A DNA stretch of 64,000 nucleotides from Leptospiraceae bacterium (GTDB lineage: Bacteria > Spirochaetota > Leptospiria > Leptospirales > Leptonemataceae), in assembly GCA_040217195.1 (NCBI GenBank), contig JAVJNR010000006.1:1-64000 (forward strand), read 5' to 3'. The position numbers and the translations under genes were made by a program. Under the pieces are notes generated by a model. It saw nothing but the letters and a program-made list of their open reading frames with translations. It did no database searches and had not been told where the DNA came from. Within the stretch, counting starts at the first letter, position 1; every line of letters starts with the position of its first letter. Below are positions 18,434-27,529 of the stretch, in pieces.

Positions 18434-19444
18434 ATGAATGAGGGTTTTCAGAAGCTTGTTCAAAGTATTTCGGAAATAGGGGAAGGCTTCCACAGGGAAA
18501 AAATCCTCAGTAATGTCCGAAATAACATCGGCCAAATCGAAAAATCGCTGAAAGAACTGCCCGCGCCCGCAGGGGCCAAATTGAAGTCAGGCATCATTTT
18601 GTCTGCGGGGCCCAGTCTAAAAGAAACCAACGCTATCCAAAGAATACTTGATTCGGGATACGATGGATCCATCATCAGTGTTGACGGAGCCTACGTGGCC
18701 TGCCTGGAAAAAGGATTAATTCCTGACTATGTATTGTGTCTGGATCCCCATGCGACACGAATCGTTCGATGGTTTGGCGATCCTGATATTGAGGAAAACT
18801 CCCGGGGCGATGACTATTTTGAAAGGCAGGATCTGAATATTGACTTCCGGCTAGACAAACTGGGGAAGAACCAAAGCAGCATTGATTTGGTAAATGAAAA
18901 TGCACCTCGCACCACGGCTATCATTGCTACAACAGTACATTCAACCGTCACAAATCGACTGAAGCAGGCCGGATTTGACATTTATTGGTGGCATCCTTTA
19001 GTGGATGATCCATTACGGGAACACAGCATAACTAAACAAATGTACGATATGCGGAAGTTACCGTGCTTCAATACAGGTGGCACCGTTGGTACCGCAGCTT
19101 GGGTGTTTGCCAACTCGATATTAGGGATTGAAAATATTGGCGTGACTGGGATGGATTATGGCTACAGAAGTGACACTCCTATAGAAGAGACCCAAACCTA
19201 CTACGAATTGATGCTACATAAGGATAGTCGCGAAATCTCAGATTATTTCATTAATTTTACATTCCCGCTCAACGGTAAAGAATGCTATACAGATCCAACA
19301 TATTACTGGTACCGGGAAAACTTTTTACAGTTGCTTAACCGTCAGAATAATGATATTTTTAATTGCAGCGAAGCGGGTACTCTTTTCGGCGATCATGTTA
19401 CATGTATTTCCCTTCAGGACTTCTTGAAGAAATTTGGTGGTTAA
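18434..19444 (+). CDS. MptE-like / DUF115 (Maf-type) domain protein
   Basis: ILSAGPSL, SVDGA, PDYVLCLDP, GGTV, GVTGMDYGY, FNCSEAG. Confidence 0.78.
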   Translation: MNEGFQKLVQSISEIGEGFHREKILSNVRNNIGQIEKSLKELPAPAGAKLKSGIILSAGPSLKETNAIQRILDSGYDGSIISVDGAYVACLEKGLIPDYVLCLDPHATRIVRWFGDPDIEENSRGDDYFERQDLNIDFRLDKLGKNQSSIDLVNENAPRTTAIIATTVHSTVTNRLKQAGFDIYWWHPLVDDPLREHSITKQMYDMRKLPCFNTGGTVGTAAWVFANSILGIENIGVTGMDYGYRSDTPIEETQTYYELMLHKDSREISDYFINFTFPLNGKECYTDPTYYWYRENFLQLLNRQNNDIFNCSEAGTLFGDHVTCISLQDFLKKFGG

Positions 19445-19446
19445 AA

Positions 19447-21030
19447 ATGGCAAAGATACTATTTATCAATCCGGTTGTTAGAGAAGAAGACAAACCCAAA
19501 CATATTCCCTATGGGATAGCCATGTTGGCTGCCATAGCCATAGATAAGAATCACCAGGTCCAGGTTTATGATGCCAATGCACATAGGCTTGGCTACGATA
19601 TCGTTGCGGATGTCGTAAACGCGGATGATTGGGATGTCATTGCGATCGGCGGATTGACAACTACCTATGGTTCTATCAAGAAAACGGTCAAGATAATCAA
19701 GGAAGCCAAGCCCGATGTCATGATAATGGCCGGTGGCGGTTTCATGACCAGTATGCCCCTGGATATAATGTCCTGGTTGCCAGAAATCGATCTAGGTATT
19801 ATCGGTGAGGCTGTCATAACCTTTCCTGAAGTACTGGAGATGATTGATCAGAAGAATTTTGATTTCAGTTCAACCAAGGGAGTCTGCTATCGTGATTCCG
19901 ATGGCAACCCGAAACTTACTCAAGTAAGAGAAATACTAAAGAATATAGATTTGTTGCCGTACCCCGCATGGGATTTATTTCCTTTGGATATTTATTTTGA
20001 AAACTCCCAGCTGCTATTTAGCGAGGCATCTTACTATGCCAAAAAACGAATCGACATAAACGGCAGTTATGGCTGCAGCCTCTTGTGTAAATTTTGCTGG
20101 CATCTTGGTTCGATCGGAGATATGGTTATTGCAGAGGACCATACCGGCAAACAAGACGTTCAATTTACGTACGGTAGAATCAATCGATACCACAGTCCTA
20201 AATACATTGTGGACATGGTCGTAGATCTGAAGCAACGATTTGACATTGATTTTGTAACCTTTCTGGATGAAAATTTGATGACCATGGATGCCGCCAGTCG
20301 GCGAACCTGGCTGGCAGAGATTTGTGATCTGTGGATTGAGGCTGGCCTACAGCCGACTTCCCGAAGAGATGGTAAGTCGGACGAGTTCAATGAAGGCGGC
20401 GTATTCTGGAGTGGCACAAGCCACGCTAACCTTCACACGCCAGAAGTCCTGAAGAAGATGTATGAAGCCGGCTGCTCCCACCTGGTTTATGGAATTGAGT
20501 CGTTCGATCCGGCGGTTCTGAAAAACCTCGGAAAAGGTACTAGCCAGAGAAGAAACATGGAAGCAGTCGATACATGTTTGGATTCCGGCATTTCTCCTAT
20601 ACCAAACCTCATCATCGGATTCCCGGAGGATACCTTTGAAGGAATTAAGATCACAATGGAAGCAATGCAGGAACTGGGTATCCACGCGAAGCCCCACTTT
20701 GCCACTCCCTATCCTGGATCGGAATGGTATAATACTTATAAGGATTCAATTCTGAAGCAATACGATGGTGATCTGGAAGCTTACATTCTAGATCTGGGCG
20801 ATGCGACTAAACCGACGGTTTCTATCTCCCATAACTTTAGCCAATTAGAGCTTATTGGGTTACAGGAAATCATGGGGACTCGTAATTTTAGGTTGCTTGA
20901 GCTGGCAAGGGAGCATTGGGAGCGGACTCGGAAAACGGGCGATGAATATGCTTTTGTGCAGCCATCGCCGCATTTCACGCAAATCAAGAGTAAAGAAAAG
21001 GCCCCATCCGTTAGTCTTGCCGCTTTATAA
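19447..21030 (+). CDS. Cobalamin-binding radical SAM protein (class B methylase-like)
   Basis: N-terminal B12-binding-like domain (PYGIAMLAA, MAGG, IGEA), PYPAWD, CxxxCxxC (CSLLCKFC), LDEN, YGIES, TPYPGS; ATG 19447. Confidence 0.9.
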   Translation: MAKILFINPVVREEDKPKHIPYGIAMLAAIAIDKNHQVQVYDANAHRLGYDIVADVVNADDWDVIAIGGLTTTYGSIKKTVKIIKEAKPDVMIMAGGGFMTSMPLDIMSWLPEIDLGIIGEAVITFPEVLEMIDQKNFDFSSTKGVCYRDSDGNPKLTQVREILKNIDLLPYPAWDLFPLDIYFENSQLLFSEASYYAKKRIDINGSYGCSLLCKFCWHLGSIGDMVIAEDHTGKQDVQFTYGRINRYHSPKYIVDMVVDLKQRFDIDFVTFLDENLMTMDAASRRTWLAEICDLWIEAGLQPTSRRDGKSDEFNEGGVFWSGTSHANLHTPEVLKKMYEAGCSHLVYGIESFDPAVLKNLGKGTSQRRNMEAVDTCLDSGISPIPNLIIGFPEDTFEGIKITMEAMQELGIHAKPHFATPYPGSEWYNTYKDSILKQYDGDLEAYILDLGDATKPTVSISHNFSQLELIGLQEIMGTRNFRLLELAREHWERTRKTGDEYAFVQPSPHFTQIKSKEKAPSVSLAAL

Positions 21031-21032
21031 CA

Positions 21033-21809
21033 GTGATCGGTATATTTATTACCGCACGTTTGGGCTCCAAGAGGCTGCCCGGAAAGCAACTACTTGAGGT
21101 ATGCGGGCGTCCGATCATGGACTACCTGCTATTGCGCATTCGGCATGAATTTCAAGAAGAGCTAAAGCTCGGTAGCATTCGAATAATAATTACAACCGCG
21201 GACGAGCCAATAAATCGGAAATTTGAAGAGATATACTCGAACCAGCCAATTGATGTCTTTTATGGCTCGCCCCGAAACTTACCATTAAGACATTTACAGG
21301 CAGCCCAGAGCTTTGGAGTAGATAGAATAGTTTGTGTAGAAGCCGATGACGTTTTCTGCTCAACCAGCGCAATGCGCCAGGTGTATCAATCTATGCTAGA
21401 AGGGAATGGCATTGTTCGTACAACGGGCCTACCGTTAGGTATGAACAATATGGGGTATCAGACGCGGTTTCTGGAAAATGCGATTGGCCTAAACCCTCCG
21501 GAGATTCTTGAGACCGGTTGGACTACAATCTTTAATGATTCAGAGGTCACCGAGATCAATTACGATGTGAGCTATCCACCAGAGCTGCGATTCACAATGG
21601 ATTATCAGGAGGATTTTGACTTCTTTTCAAGAATCATTGAAAAGTTTCTCTCGAACATCGAGAGCATTCCTGATGAATCCATCATTTCCTATGCTCTTAG
21701 TGATAATCTATATAGGATGAATTCGCATTTGACTGAACAATATTGGACGAATTTTCGAGAAGAGCAAAAGGACGGAGAAAACTCAATTACCAATGTGGAT
21801 ACGCAGTAA
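21033..21809 (+). CDS. SpsF/KdsB-like cytidylyltransferase
   Basis: ARLGSKRLPGK, FYGS, EADD, RFTMDYQED; GTG start. Confidence 0.8.
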   Translation: MIGIFITARLGSKRLPGKQLLEVCGRPIMDYLLLRIRHEFQEELKLGSIRIIITTADEPINRKFEEIYSNQPIDVFYGSPRNLPLRHLQAAQSFGVDRIVCVEADDVFCSTSAMRQVYQSMLEGNGIVRTTGLPLGMNNMGYQTRFLENAIGLNPPEILETGWTTIFNDSEVTEINYDVSYPPELRFTMDYQEDFDFFSRIIEKFLSNIESIPDESIISYALSDNLYRMNSHLTEQYWTNFREEQKDGENSITNVDTQ

Positions 21810-22009
21810 ATGGTTATGGTCATTCCCATCCAGAACTCAGAAATGTCCCCATGTCGCCTTTTCCCTTTCCAGAATATGGCTGCAAGCCCTAATGTCAGCT
21901 GGAGCTCTCCGGATTCAGAATATTCACCTTAGAAGCTCAGTCATCGGCGTCTCTGTCCGTATCCGTGAGCTCTGCGTGGCACTGTTCTCTTGCCCGTTAA
22001 CTTCTCCTG

Positions 22010-23191
22010 ATGCAAGATAGTAAAAAAATAAAAGTATTCATAATCGTAGCCAGCCCTTTGACCCAAAACATTCTGGAACGAATCGGTTATAAAGAGTTCG
22101 GGGAAGTATTTGACGTTTGGGTGGTAGACTGTCTATACTGGCTGCGTAATGAAGCTAAAGCGATCCATTACCAGCCTGGAATTGCGGACAGGGTTTGCCC
22201 CATCTCTTCTCAAGCAGAATTCGAAGAGCTATGTGAATCTCATCAACCCAATTATCTTATCGATTTTACAGGTGGCGGATCGTATACCCGAATCATCCAA
22301 AATATTGCAGCAAGCAAGAAAATATCTTATATCACGCATAATATCACTCCTCTTCCGAGTCCTCCAATGCTGGGCGGCCTAAAGAACCGTCGACTCTTTG
22401 AAACTCTAAAAAAGCTCCCTTCTTTTATATTCCGAAAATTGTTCGCTCGGAGAAGACGGCCGGATATAGGTCTGGTCGCAGGAGATGGCGGTTTGAATGG
22501 TTGGACCACTAATGCGCGCCATATCGTTTGGACCGCATCACCTGACTACTTTACGTATAAAAAAGTTAGGGAGGATGAAAAGCGGATTTCGAGGCTGGCT
22601 GAGCTCGGTTTAAAGGAAAATGGCTATATAGTTTTTATCGATGATTGCCTCGCACGGAGTTTTGACTTTCTTCTGGTCGGTGGCGGCCATATCGTTGAGG
22701 AGTCTGAGTATCTGGCTCGGCTAGATCGTTGCTTTTCCCAGATAGAGGACGCGCTCGGTATTCCGGTAATTATTGCCGCCCATCCGAATGGAAAAGAGTT
22801 TAGTGACTACGCCACGATTTTTTCAGGTAGGCGGGTATTCTTCGGGAAGACAGCTCTACTGTCTTCTGGAGCAACGCATGCTATTACTCATTTTTCATGT
22901 GCCGTGTCATTTGCGGTGCTTTTTCGCAAGCCAGTGCTTTTTCTAGGAATGAGAGAAACAGACAGAAGCTTTCAGGGAGCGAGTCAGGAATACATGGCGC
23001 GAATTCTGGGTCGGCCAATAATAAATGTGTCGGATCCATTGGCGCACCCGTTCAAGGTGACAGATGGTTTCGGTGGCCCGGTAGAGGAAATAAAGTACGC
23101 AAATTATATGCGACGCTTCATTACAAATACGCACCCTGTAGGAACCAATTCATTCGATAGTCTCATCAATCATATAACCGCCACCGGTTAG
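22010..23191 (+). CDS. Hypothetical polysaccharide biosynthesis protein; possible GT-B transferase
   Basis: Long ORF in locus; VFIDD, IAAHP, THFSCAVSFAVLFRKP. Confidence 0.55.
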   Translation: MQDSKKIKVFIIVASPLTQNILERIGYKEFGEVFDVWVVDCLYWLRNEAKAIHYQPGIADRVCPISSQAEFEELCESHQPNYLIDFTGGGSYTRIIQNIAASKKISYITHNITPLPSPPMLGGLKNRRLFETLKKLPSFIFRKLFARRRRPDIGLVAGDGGLNGWTTNARHIVWTASPDYFTYKKVREDEKRISRLAELGLKENGYIVFIDDCLARSFDFLLVGGGHIVEESEYLARLDRCFSQIEDALGIPVIIAAHPNGKEFSDYATIFSGRRVFFGKTALLSSGATHAITHFSCAVSFAVLFRKPVLFLGMRETDRSFQGASQEYMARILGRPIINVSDPLAHPFKVTDGFGGPVEEIKYANYMRRFITNTHPVGTNSFDSLINHITATG

Positions 23192-23231
23192 AATAAATTC
23201 AGGTCTGCATTGAGTTAATAAGGACGATCAT

Positions 23232-24083
23232 ATGTTCAGGAAGATACTTAATTTAAAGGATGCCTTTCGAGACCGGCAGCGCATTGGCATAGCCCTAAGC
23301 AAAGGTGCAGCCGCATGCTACTTGCGGCAGGTAATAAATACCGAACCGGAAACCTGGGAGTTCTCCGGTTTTTCACAGAACGGCGAAGATGGGATATTGC
23401 AGGTTCTTCGCAGTCAGCTCAAGGTCAATAATCGCTACTTTATAGAGATTGGTGCTGCAGACGGCATTGATAACAATTCTGCCTGGATGGCCATCGTCGA
23501 GAAATATAACGGACTGATGATTGAAGGAAGTCCTGAATTAGTATTTCGGGCCCGTCGCATGGTAGGCCACTATAGCCTGGGACTTCAAATTGAAGAAATG
23601 TTCGTAGATATTGATTCAGCTGAGAATATCAAGACATTGTCTGATTACCTGGACCCGGATGTGATGTCCCTGGATATCGATGGAATAGACTATTTTGTAG
23701 CAGAGAAGCTTTTTGCTGCCGGATTCAGGCCAAAGATTTTTGCCGTGGAGTATAATTCTGTGCACGGCCCAGAAAAGGCCCGATGCGTTAAGTACTCTCG
23801 AAACTTTAATTATACAAAGGCACATCCTTCCGAACTCTACTATGGAGTCTCGATCGGTGCATGGAGGCACTTATTTGAGTCTCAGGGGTATCGGTTTGTT
23901 ACTGTGGACCGAAATGGAGTGAATGCCTTTTTCGTAGACCCAGAACATTTCGATTCCGGATTCCTGGATGGGGTTCGAGGCTCGAAGTTTCGTGAGAATC
24001 AGCTGCAATGGAAAAAATTCAGAACCGGGCACGAAGGGCAATTCGAGCTTATCAAGGATATGGAATTCTATGAGCCCGCATAG
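23232..24083 (+). CDS. FkbM-like SAM-dependent methyltransferase-fold protein
   Basis: FSQNGEDG, IEIGAADG, MIEG, SLDIDGIDY, VEYN, NAFFV. Confidence 0.6.
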   Translation: MFRKILNLKDAFRDRQRIGIALSKGAAACYLRQVINTEPETWEFSGFSQNGEDGILQVLRSQLKVNNRYFIEIGAADGIDNNSAWMAIVEKYNGLMIEGSPELVFRARRMVGHYSLGLQIEEMFVDIDSAENIKTLSDYLDPDVMSLDIDGIDYFVAEKLFAAGFRPKIFAVEYNSVHGPEKARCVKYSRNFNYTKAHPSELYYGVSIGAWRHLFESQGYRFVTVDRNGVNAFFVDPEHFDSGFLDGVRGSKFRENQLQWKKFRTGHEGQFELIKDMEFYEPA

Positions 24084-24120
24084 TCCTGGCCCAAGCAATT
24101 ATTTCGCAGATAACTGAGCA

Positions 24121-25191
24121 ATGACCCAATCGAAAGATATAAAAAGCACGCCCCTTTTATCTATCTGCATAAACACTCGAAACAGAAAGGACCTGCTGAA
24201 GGAAACCCTGGATAGCTTTATTGCGGACATCCAGAAATGCAGCGAGTTAGTGGAGATACTGGTGGTGGATGGTCAATCAACAGACGGCACTCTCGAGCTC
24301 CTCCAGGAATATTCGAGAAAGTTTCCCTATTTTCGCTTTCATAGCCCGGATGAATTGGTGGGTATAGATGAGGGGTATGACCTCAGTGTAATCCATGCCA
24401 CCGGCAACTATTGCTGGATGATGCCAGACGATGATTTGCTGGTTGCTGGCGGTCTGCTGAAAATCTGTGATGAACTAAGAAGTGAGCGCGATCTATATAT
24501 TGTTAACCTCGAATGTTATACAAAGACTCTCAAGACAGATCTAAAGCAACGCCTTTATACCCGTGGTTCGGATAGAACCTATCAATTACCTGAGGATAGG
24601 GAGTTATTTCTGAACGATTGCCTGCTGGGACTATCCTACATCGGTTCTGTCGTGATTCGGCGAGACCTCTGGTTCGACCTGGATCGATCGCTTTACTACG
24701 GAAGCTATTTTGCTCATGTGGCCGTAATACTTGGCAGTGAGCGGCTCCATAGTATACGTTATATTGATGAACCCATCATACTCTATCGCAGTGCTAATAG
24801 CAGTTGGACGCCCCGGAGCTTTGAGATCTGGAACATGAAATGGCCCGAATTGGTCTGGGAGTTCGAAGGAGACCGGATCCCAAGCCTAGAGCAAATTGTT
24901 CCCAGGGAATTCTGGAACAATAAGCGGACGGTTCTGAAAAGTAGGGCGATGGGAGAGTACAATCTCGATTTGTATCGCCGATATTTCTCCGGTCGATCAA
25001 ATATCCGGTCCCGGTGGGCTCTGCTGATAATTGCATTTCTTCCGATTTGTTTCCTGAATTCTGTAGTGTTGCTCCACTGTCTTTTTTTTAAGCGTTCCGG
25101 TCTGTATACGATCTACAATGTGATGAGCAGTTCCCGGTGCCCTCAGCTTTCCCGCTTGTTGGTTCGTGCACTTGGTTTACGACTGGCCTGA
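24121..25191 (+). CDS. Glycosyltransferase family 2
   Basis: LSICINTRNR, VVDGQSTDGT, MPDDD. Confidence 0.85.
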   Translation: MTQSKDIKSTPLLSICINTRNRKDLLKETLDSFIADIQKCSELVEILVVDGQSTDGTLELLQEYSRKFPYFRFHSPDELVGIDEGYDLSVIHATGNYCWMMPDDDLLVAGGLLKICDELRSERDLYIVNLECYTKTLKTDLKQRLYTRGSDRTYQLPEDRELFLNDCLLGLSYIGSVVIRRDLWFDLDRSLYYGSYFAHVAVILGSERLHSIRYIDEPIILYRSANSSWTPRSFEIWNMKWPELVWEFEGDRIPSLEQIVPREFWNNKRTVLKSRAMGEYNLDLYRRYFSGRSNIRSRWALLIIAFLPICFLNSVVLLHCLFFKRSGLYTIYNVMSSSRCPQLSRLLVRALGLRLA

Positions 25192-25233
25192 ACGATTTAC
25201 CATCCAAAACAAGAGTATTGTAAGAATAGACCT

Positions 25234-26331
25234 ATGAATAATAGTTTTGCCTCAGTATACAAAGATAAGCGAGTTATTGTCACTGGCCATACTGGATTCA
25301 AAGGTAGCTGGTTAACACTGTGGCTCCAGAGATTGGGAGCGAAGGTGACCGGTATATCAGATCGTATCCCCACTACACCGTCTAATTTTGAGGCTAGCGG
25401 TTTAATCGATAGTGTCAATGATGTTCGTGCCGACTTGCTGGATTTGGAAAAAATTCAGCAGACATTTCGTGAATGCAGGCCGCACTTTGTGTTTCATCTG
25501 GCAGCCCAGGCCCTTGTAAAGGAGTCTTACGATAACCCGATACGTACCTTTCAAACCAACGCTTTAGGATCTGTCCATTTAATGGAGGCATTGAAGGGGC
25601 TGGAGGATCCGGCGGTTGCTGTAATGATTACCAGCGACAAGGTGTATGACAATGTAGAATGGGTCTGGGGGTACCGTGAAACGGATGCCCTGGGTGGTAA
25701 AGATCCCTACAGCGCTTCCAAGAGCATGGCGGAAATCGCGATTAAGAGCTACCTGAAATCTTTACTCCATGAAAAAGGAACTCTAAAGGTTGGGATTGGG
25801 CGGGCTGGCAATGTCATTGGTGGCGGAGATTGGGCTGAGGCTCGCATAGTTCCAGACTGTGTTCGCGCTTGGTCCCGGGGCGATAGTGTCAGTATTCGAA
25901 GCCCCCGGGCGACTCGCCCCTGGCAGCATGTGCTCGAGCCTCTGAGCGGATATTTGCTTCTGGGCAAGGCTCTTGCCGAAGAACCGAATCTACACTCCGA
26001 AGCATTCAATTTTGGACCAGTGGCTGGTCAGAGCAAGTCTGTGGGAGACTTGATTCTGGAAATGGAAAAGCATTGGTCCAATGTACGGTGGGAGGATCTC
26101 TCGGCGCAGGGCAGCCCATTTCTCGAAGCGGGTCTCTTGAAGTTGAATTGTGATAAGGCTCTGTACCATCTTGATTGGCTGCCTACCCTTCAGTTTGAAG
26201 AAACCGTCGCAATGACAGTGCAATGGTACCGGGAGTTCTATGAAGGTGGAGACATGAAATCGTACTCAGTAAATCAGATAGATCAATATGTTCACCTTGC
26301 CAGAGAAAGGGGGAATGGGTGGGCGAAATAA
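25234..26331 (+). CDS. rfbG: CDP-glucose 4,6-dehydratase
   Basis: TGHTGFKGSWL, HLAAQALV, TSDKVY, DPYSASK, RAGNVIGGGDW, RPWQHVLEPLSGY. Confidence 0.95.
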   Translation: MNNSFASVYKDKRVIVTGHTGFKGSWLTLWLQRLGAKVTGISDRIPTTPSNFEASGLIDSVNDVRADLLDLEKIQQTFRECRPHFVFHLAAQALVKESYDNPIRTFQTNALGSVHLMEALKGLEDPAVAVMITSDKVYDNVEWVWGYRETDALGGKDPYSASKSMAEIAIKSYLKSLLHEKGTLKVGIGRAGNVIGGGDWAEARIVPDCVRAWSRGDSVSIRSPRATRPWQHVLEPLSGYLLLGKALAEEPNLHSEAFNFGPVAGQSKSVGDLILEMEKHWSNVRWEDLSAQGSPFLEAGLLKLNCDKALYHLDWLPTLQFEETVAMTVQWYREFYEGGDMKSYSVNQIDQYVHLARERGNGWAK

Positions 26332-26768
26332 GAAAGGAAAAGCAAATCGTACTAACACCGCTGGACATCATTGAGGCACCAGGCGGTGAAGTAATGCATG
26401 CTATGAAAGCCAGTTCCCCAGGTTTTCATGGTTTTGGGGAGGCTTATTTTTCTGTGATCGACTACGGGGTGATAAGGGCCTGGAAAAAGCATAATCGTAT
26501 GACCATGAATCTTGTGGTTCCCGTTGGCCAGGTTAGATTTGTGTTTTGCGAAGAGCCCGGTCCGGGGAGCTCGTCTTTTAAGGAAATCATTCTTTCGCGA
26601 GAAAATTACCAGCGAATTACTGTTCCGCCCGGAATCTGGTTTGGGTTTCAGGGACTGGATGCCAGGCCATCCGTCCTGCTGAACCTGGCGAGCATAGAGC
26701 ATGACCCGAAAGAGGTGGAGCGGCGTCAAATCTCTGAAATGGACTTCGATTGGAGTAATCAAGAATGA
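26319..26768 (+). CDS. RmlC-like cupin sugar epimerase (NDP-4-keto-6-deoxyhexose 3-/3,5-epimerase)
   Basis: FGEAYFS, RAWKKH, VPPGIWFGFQG, HDPKE. Confidence 0.8.
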   Translation: MGEIRKEKQIVLTPLDIIEAPGGEVMHAMKASSPGFHGFGEAYFSVIDYGVIRAWKKHNRMTMNLVVPVGQVRFVFCEEPGPGSSSFKEIILSRENYQRITVPPGIWFGFQGLDARPSVLLNLASIEHDPKEVERRQISEMDFDWSNQE

Positions 26769-27526
26769 AGGTAGTAATCCTTGCAGGCGGCTTTGGAACG
26801 CGACTCTCAGAGTACACGGAAACTATTCCCAAGCCAATGGTACCTATTGGCGGCAGGCCAATCGTATGGCATATTATGCAGCGGTATGCGAATTACGGCC
26901 ACAAGGATTTCTACCTTGCGCTGGGATATAAATCAGAAGTCTTCAAAGATTACTTTCTGAATTACCGAAATCTGAACTCCGACTTTACGATTGATCTTAA
27001 AACCGGTGCCATCGAGCATCATCAGTTTGAAGCCACCGATTGGAAAGTAACCATGGTAAACACCGGAAATGCTTCCATGACGGGTGGTCGAGTGAAAAGG
27101 ATGCGACCGTTTATCGGGGAGGAGACTTTTTTGCTGACATACGGCGATGGAGTGGCGGATATTGATATTGATGATCTTCTGAATTTTCATAGGGCGCACG
27201 GAAAAATGATAACAGTAACCGCGGTGCATCCGGCTGCCCGCTTCGGTGAACTGGAAATGGATGGAAGTCTAGTGAAGTCCTTTCTGGAGAAGCCACAGAC
27301 GGGTCAGGGCTGGATCAACGGAGGATTCTTTGTAATCGAGCCTGAATTCTTCAATCTTATTGAAGGCGACGATACAGTACTCGAAAAATCGCCGCTGGAA
27401 GAAGCCTCTCGTCGCGGAGAATTGATGGCTTATTTGCATAGAGGGTACTGGCAATGCATGGATACCAAGAGGGATAAGGATCATCTGGATGAGCTCTGGG
27501 CGTCCGGTGAGGCCCCCTGGAAGTAG
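26765..27526 (+). CDS. rfbF: Glucose-1-phosphate cytidylyltransferase
   Basis: LAGGFGTRLSEYT, PKPMV, MTGGRVKR, TYGDG, WINGGFF, WQCMDT, APW. Confidence 0.95.
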   Translation: MKVVILAGGFGTRLSEYTETIPKPMVPIGGRPIVWHIMQRYANYGHKDFYLALGYKSEVFKDYFLNYRNLNSDFTIDLKTGAIEHHQFEATDWKVTMVNTGNASMTGGRVKRMRPFIGEETFLLTYGDGVADIDIDDLLNFHRAHGKMITVTAVHPAARFGELEMDGSLVKSFLEKPQTGQGWINGGFFVIEPEFFNLIEGDDTVLEKSPLEEASRRGELMAYLHRGYWQCMDTKRDKDHLDELWASGEAPWK

Positions 27527-27529
27527 TCC

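Noticed and set aside
18434..19444. Pterin/folate biosynthesis role for the MptE-like protein
   Set aside because: No pterin genes nearby; the same fold includes Maf-type glycosylation proteins and the context is glycan synthesis.
21793..22020. 75-aa ORF bridging spsF and the next gene
   Set aside because: It overlaps both neighbours, has no SD or motif and atypical composition; probably non-coding spacer.
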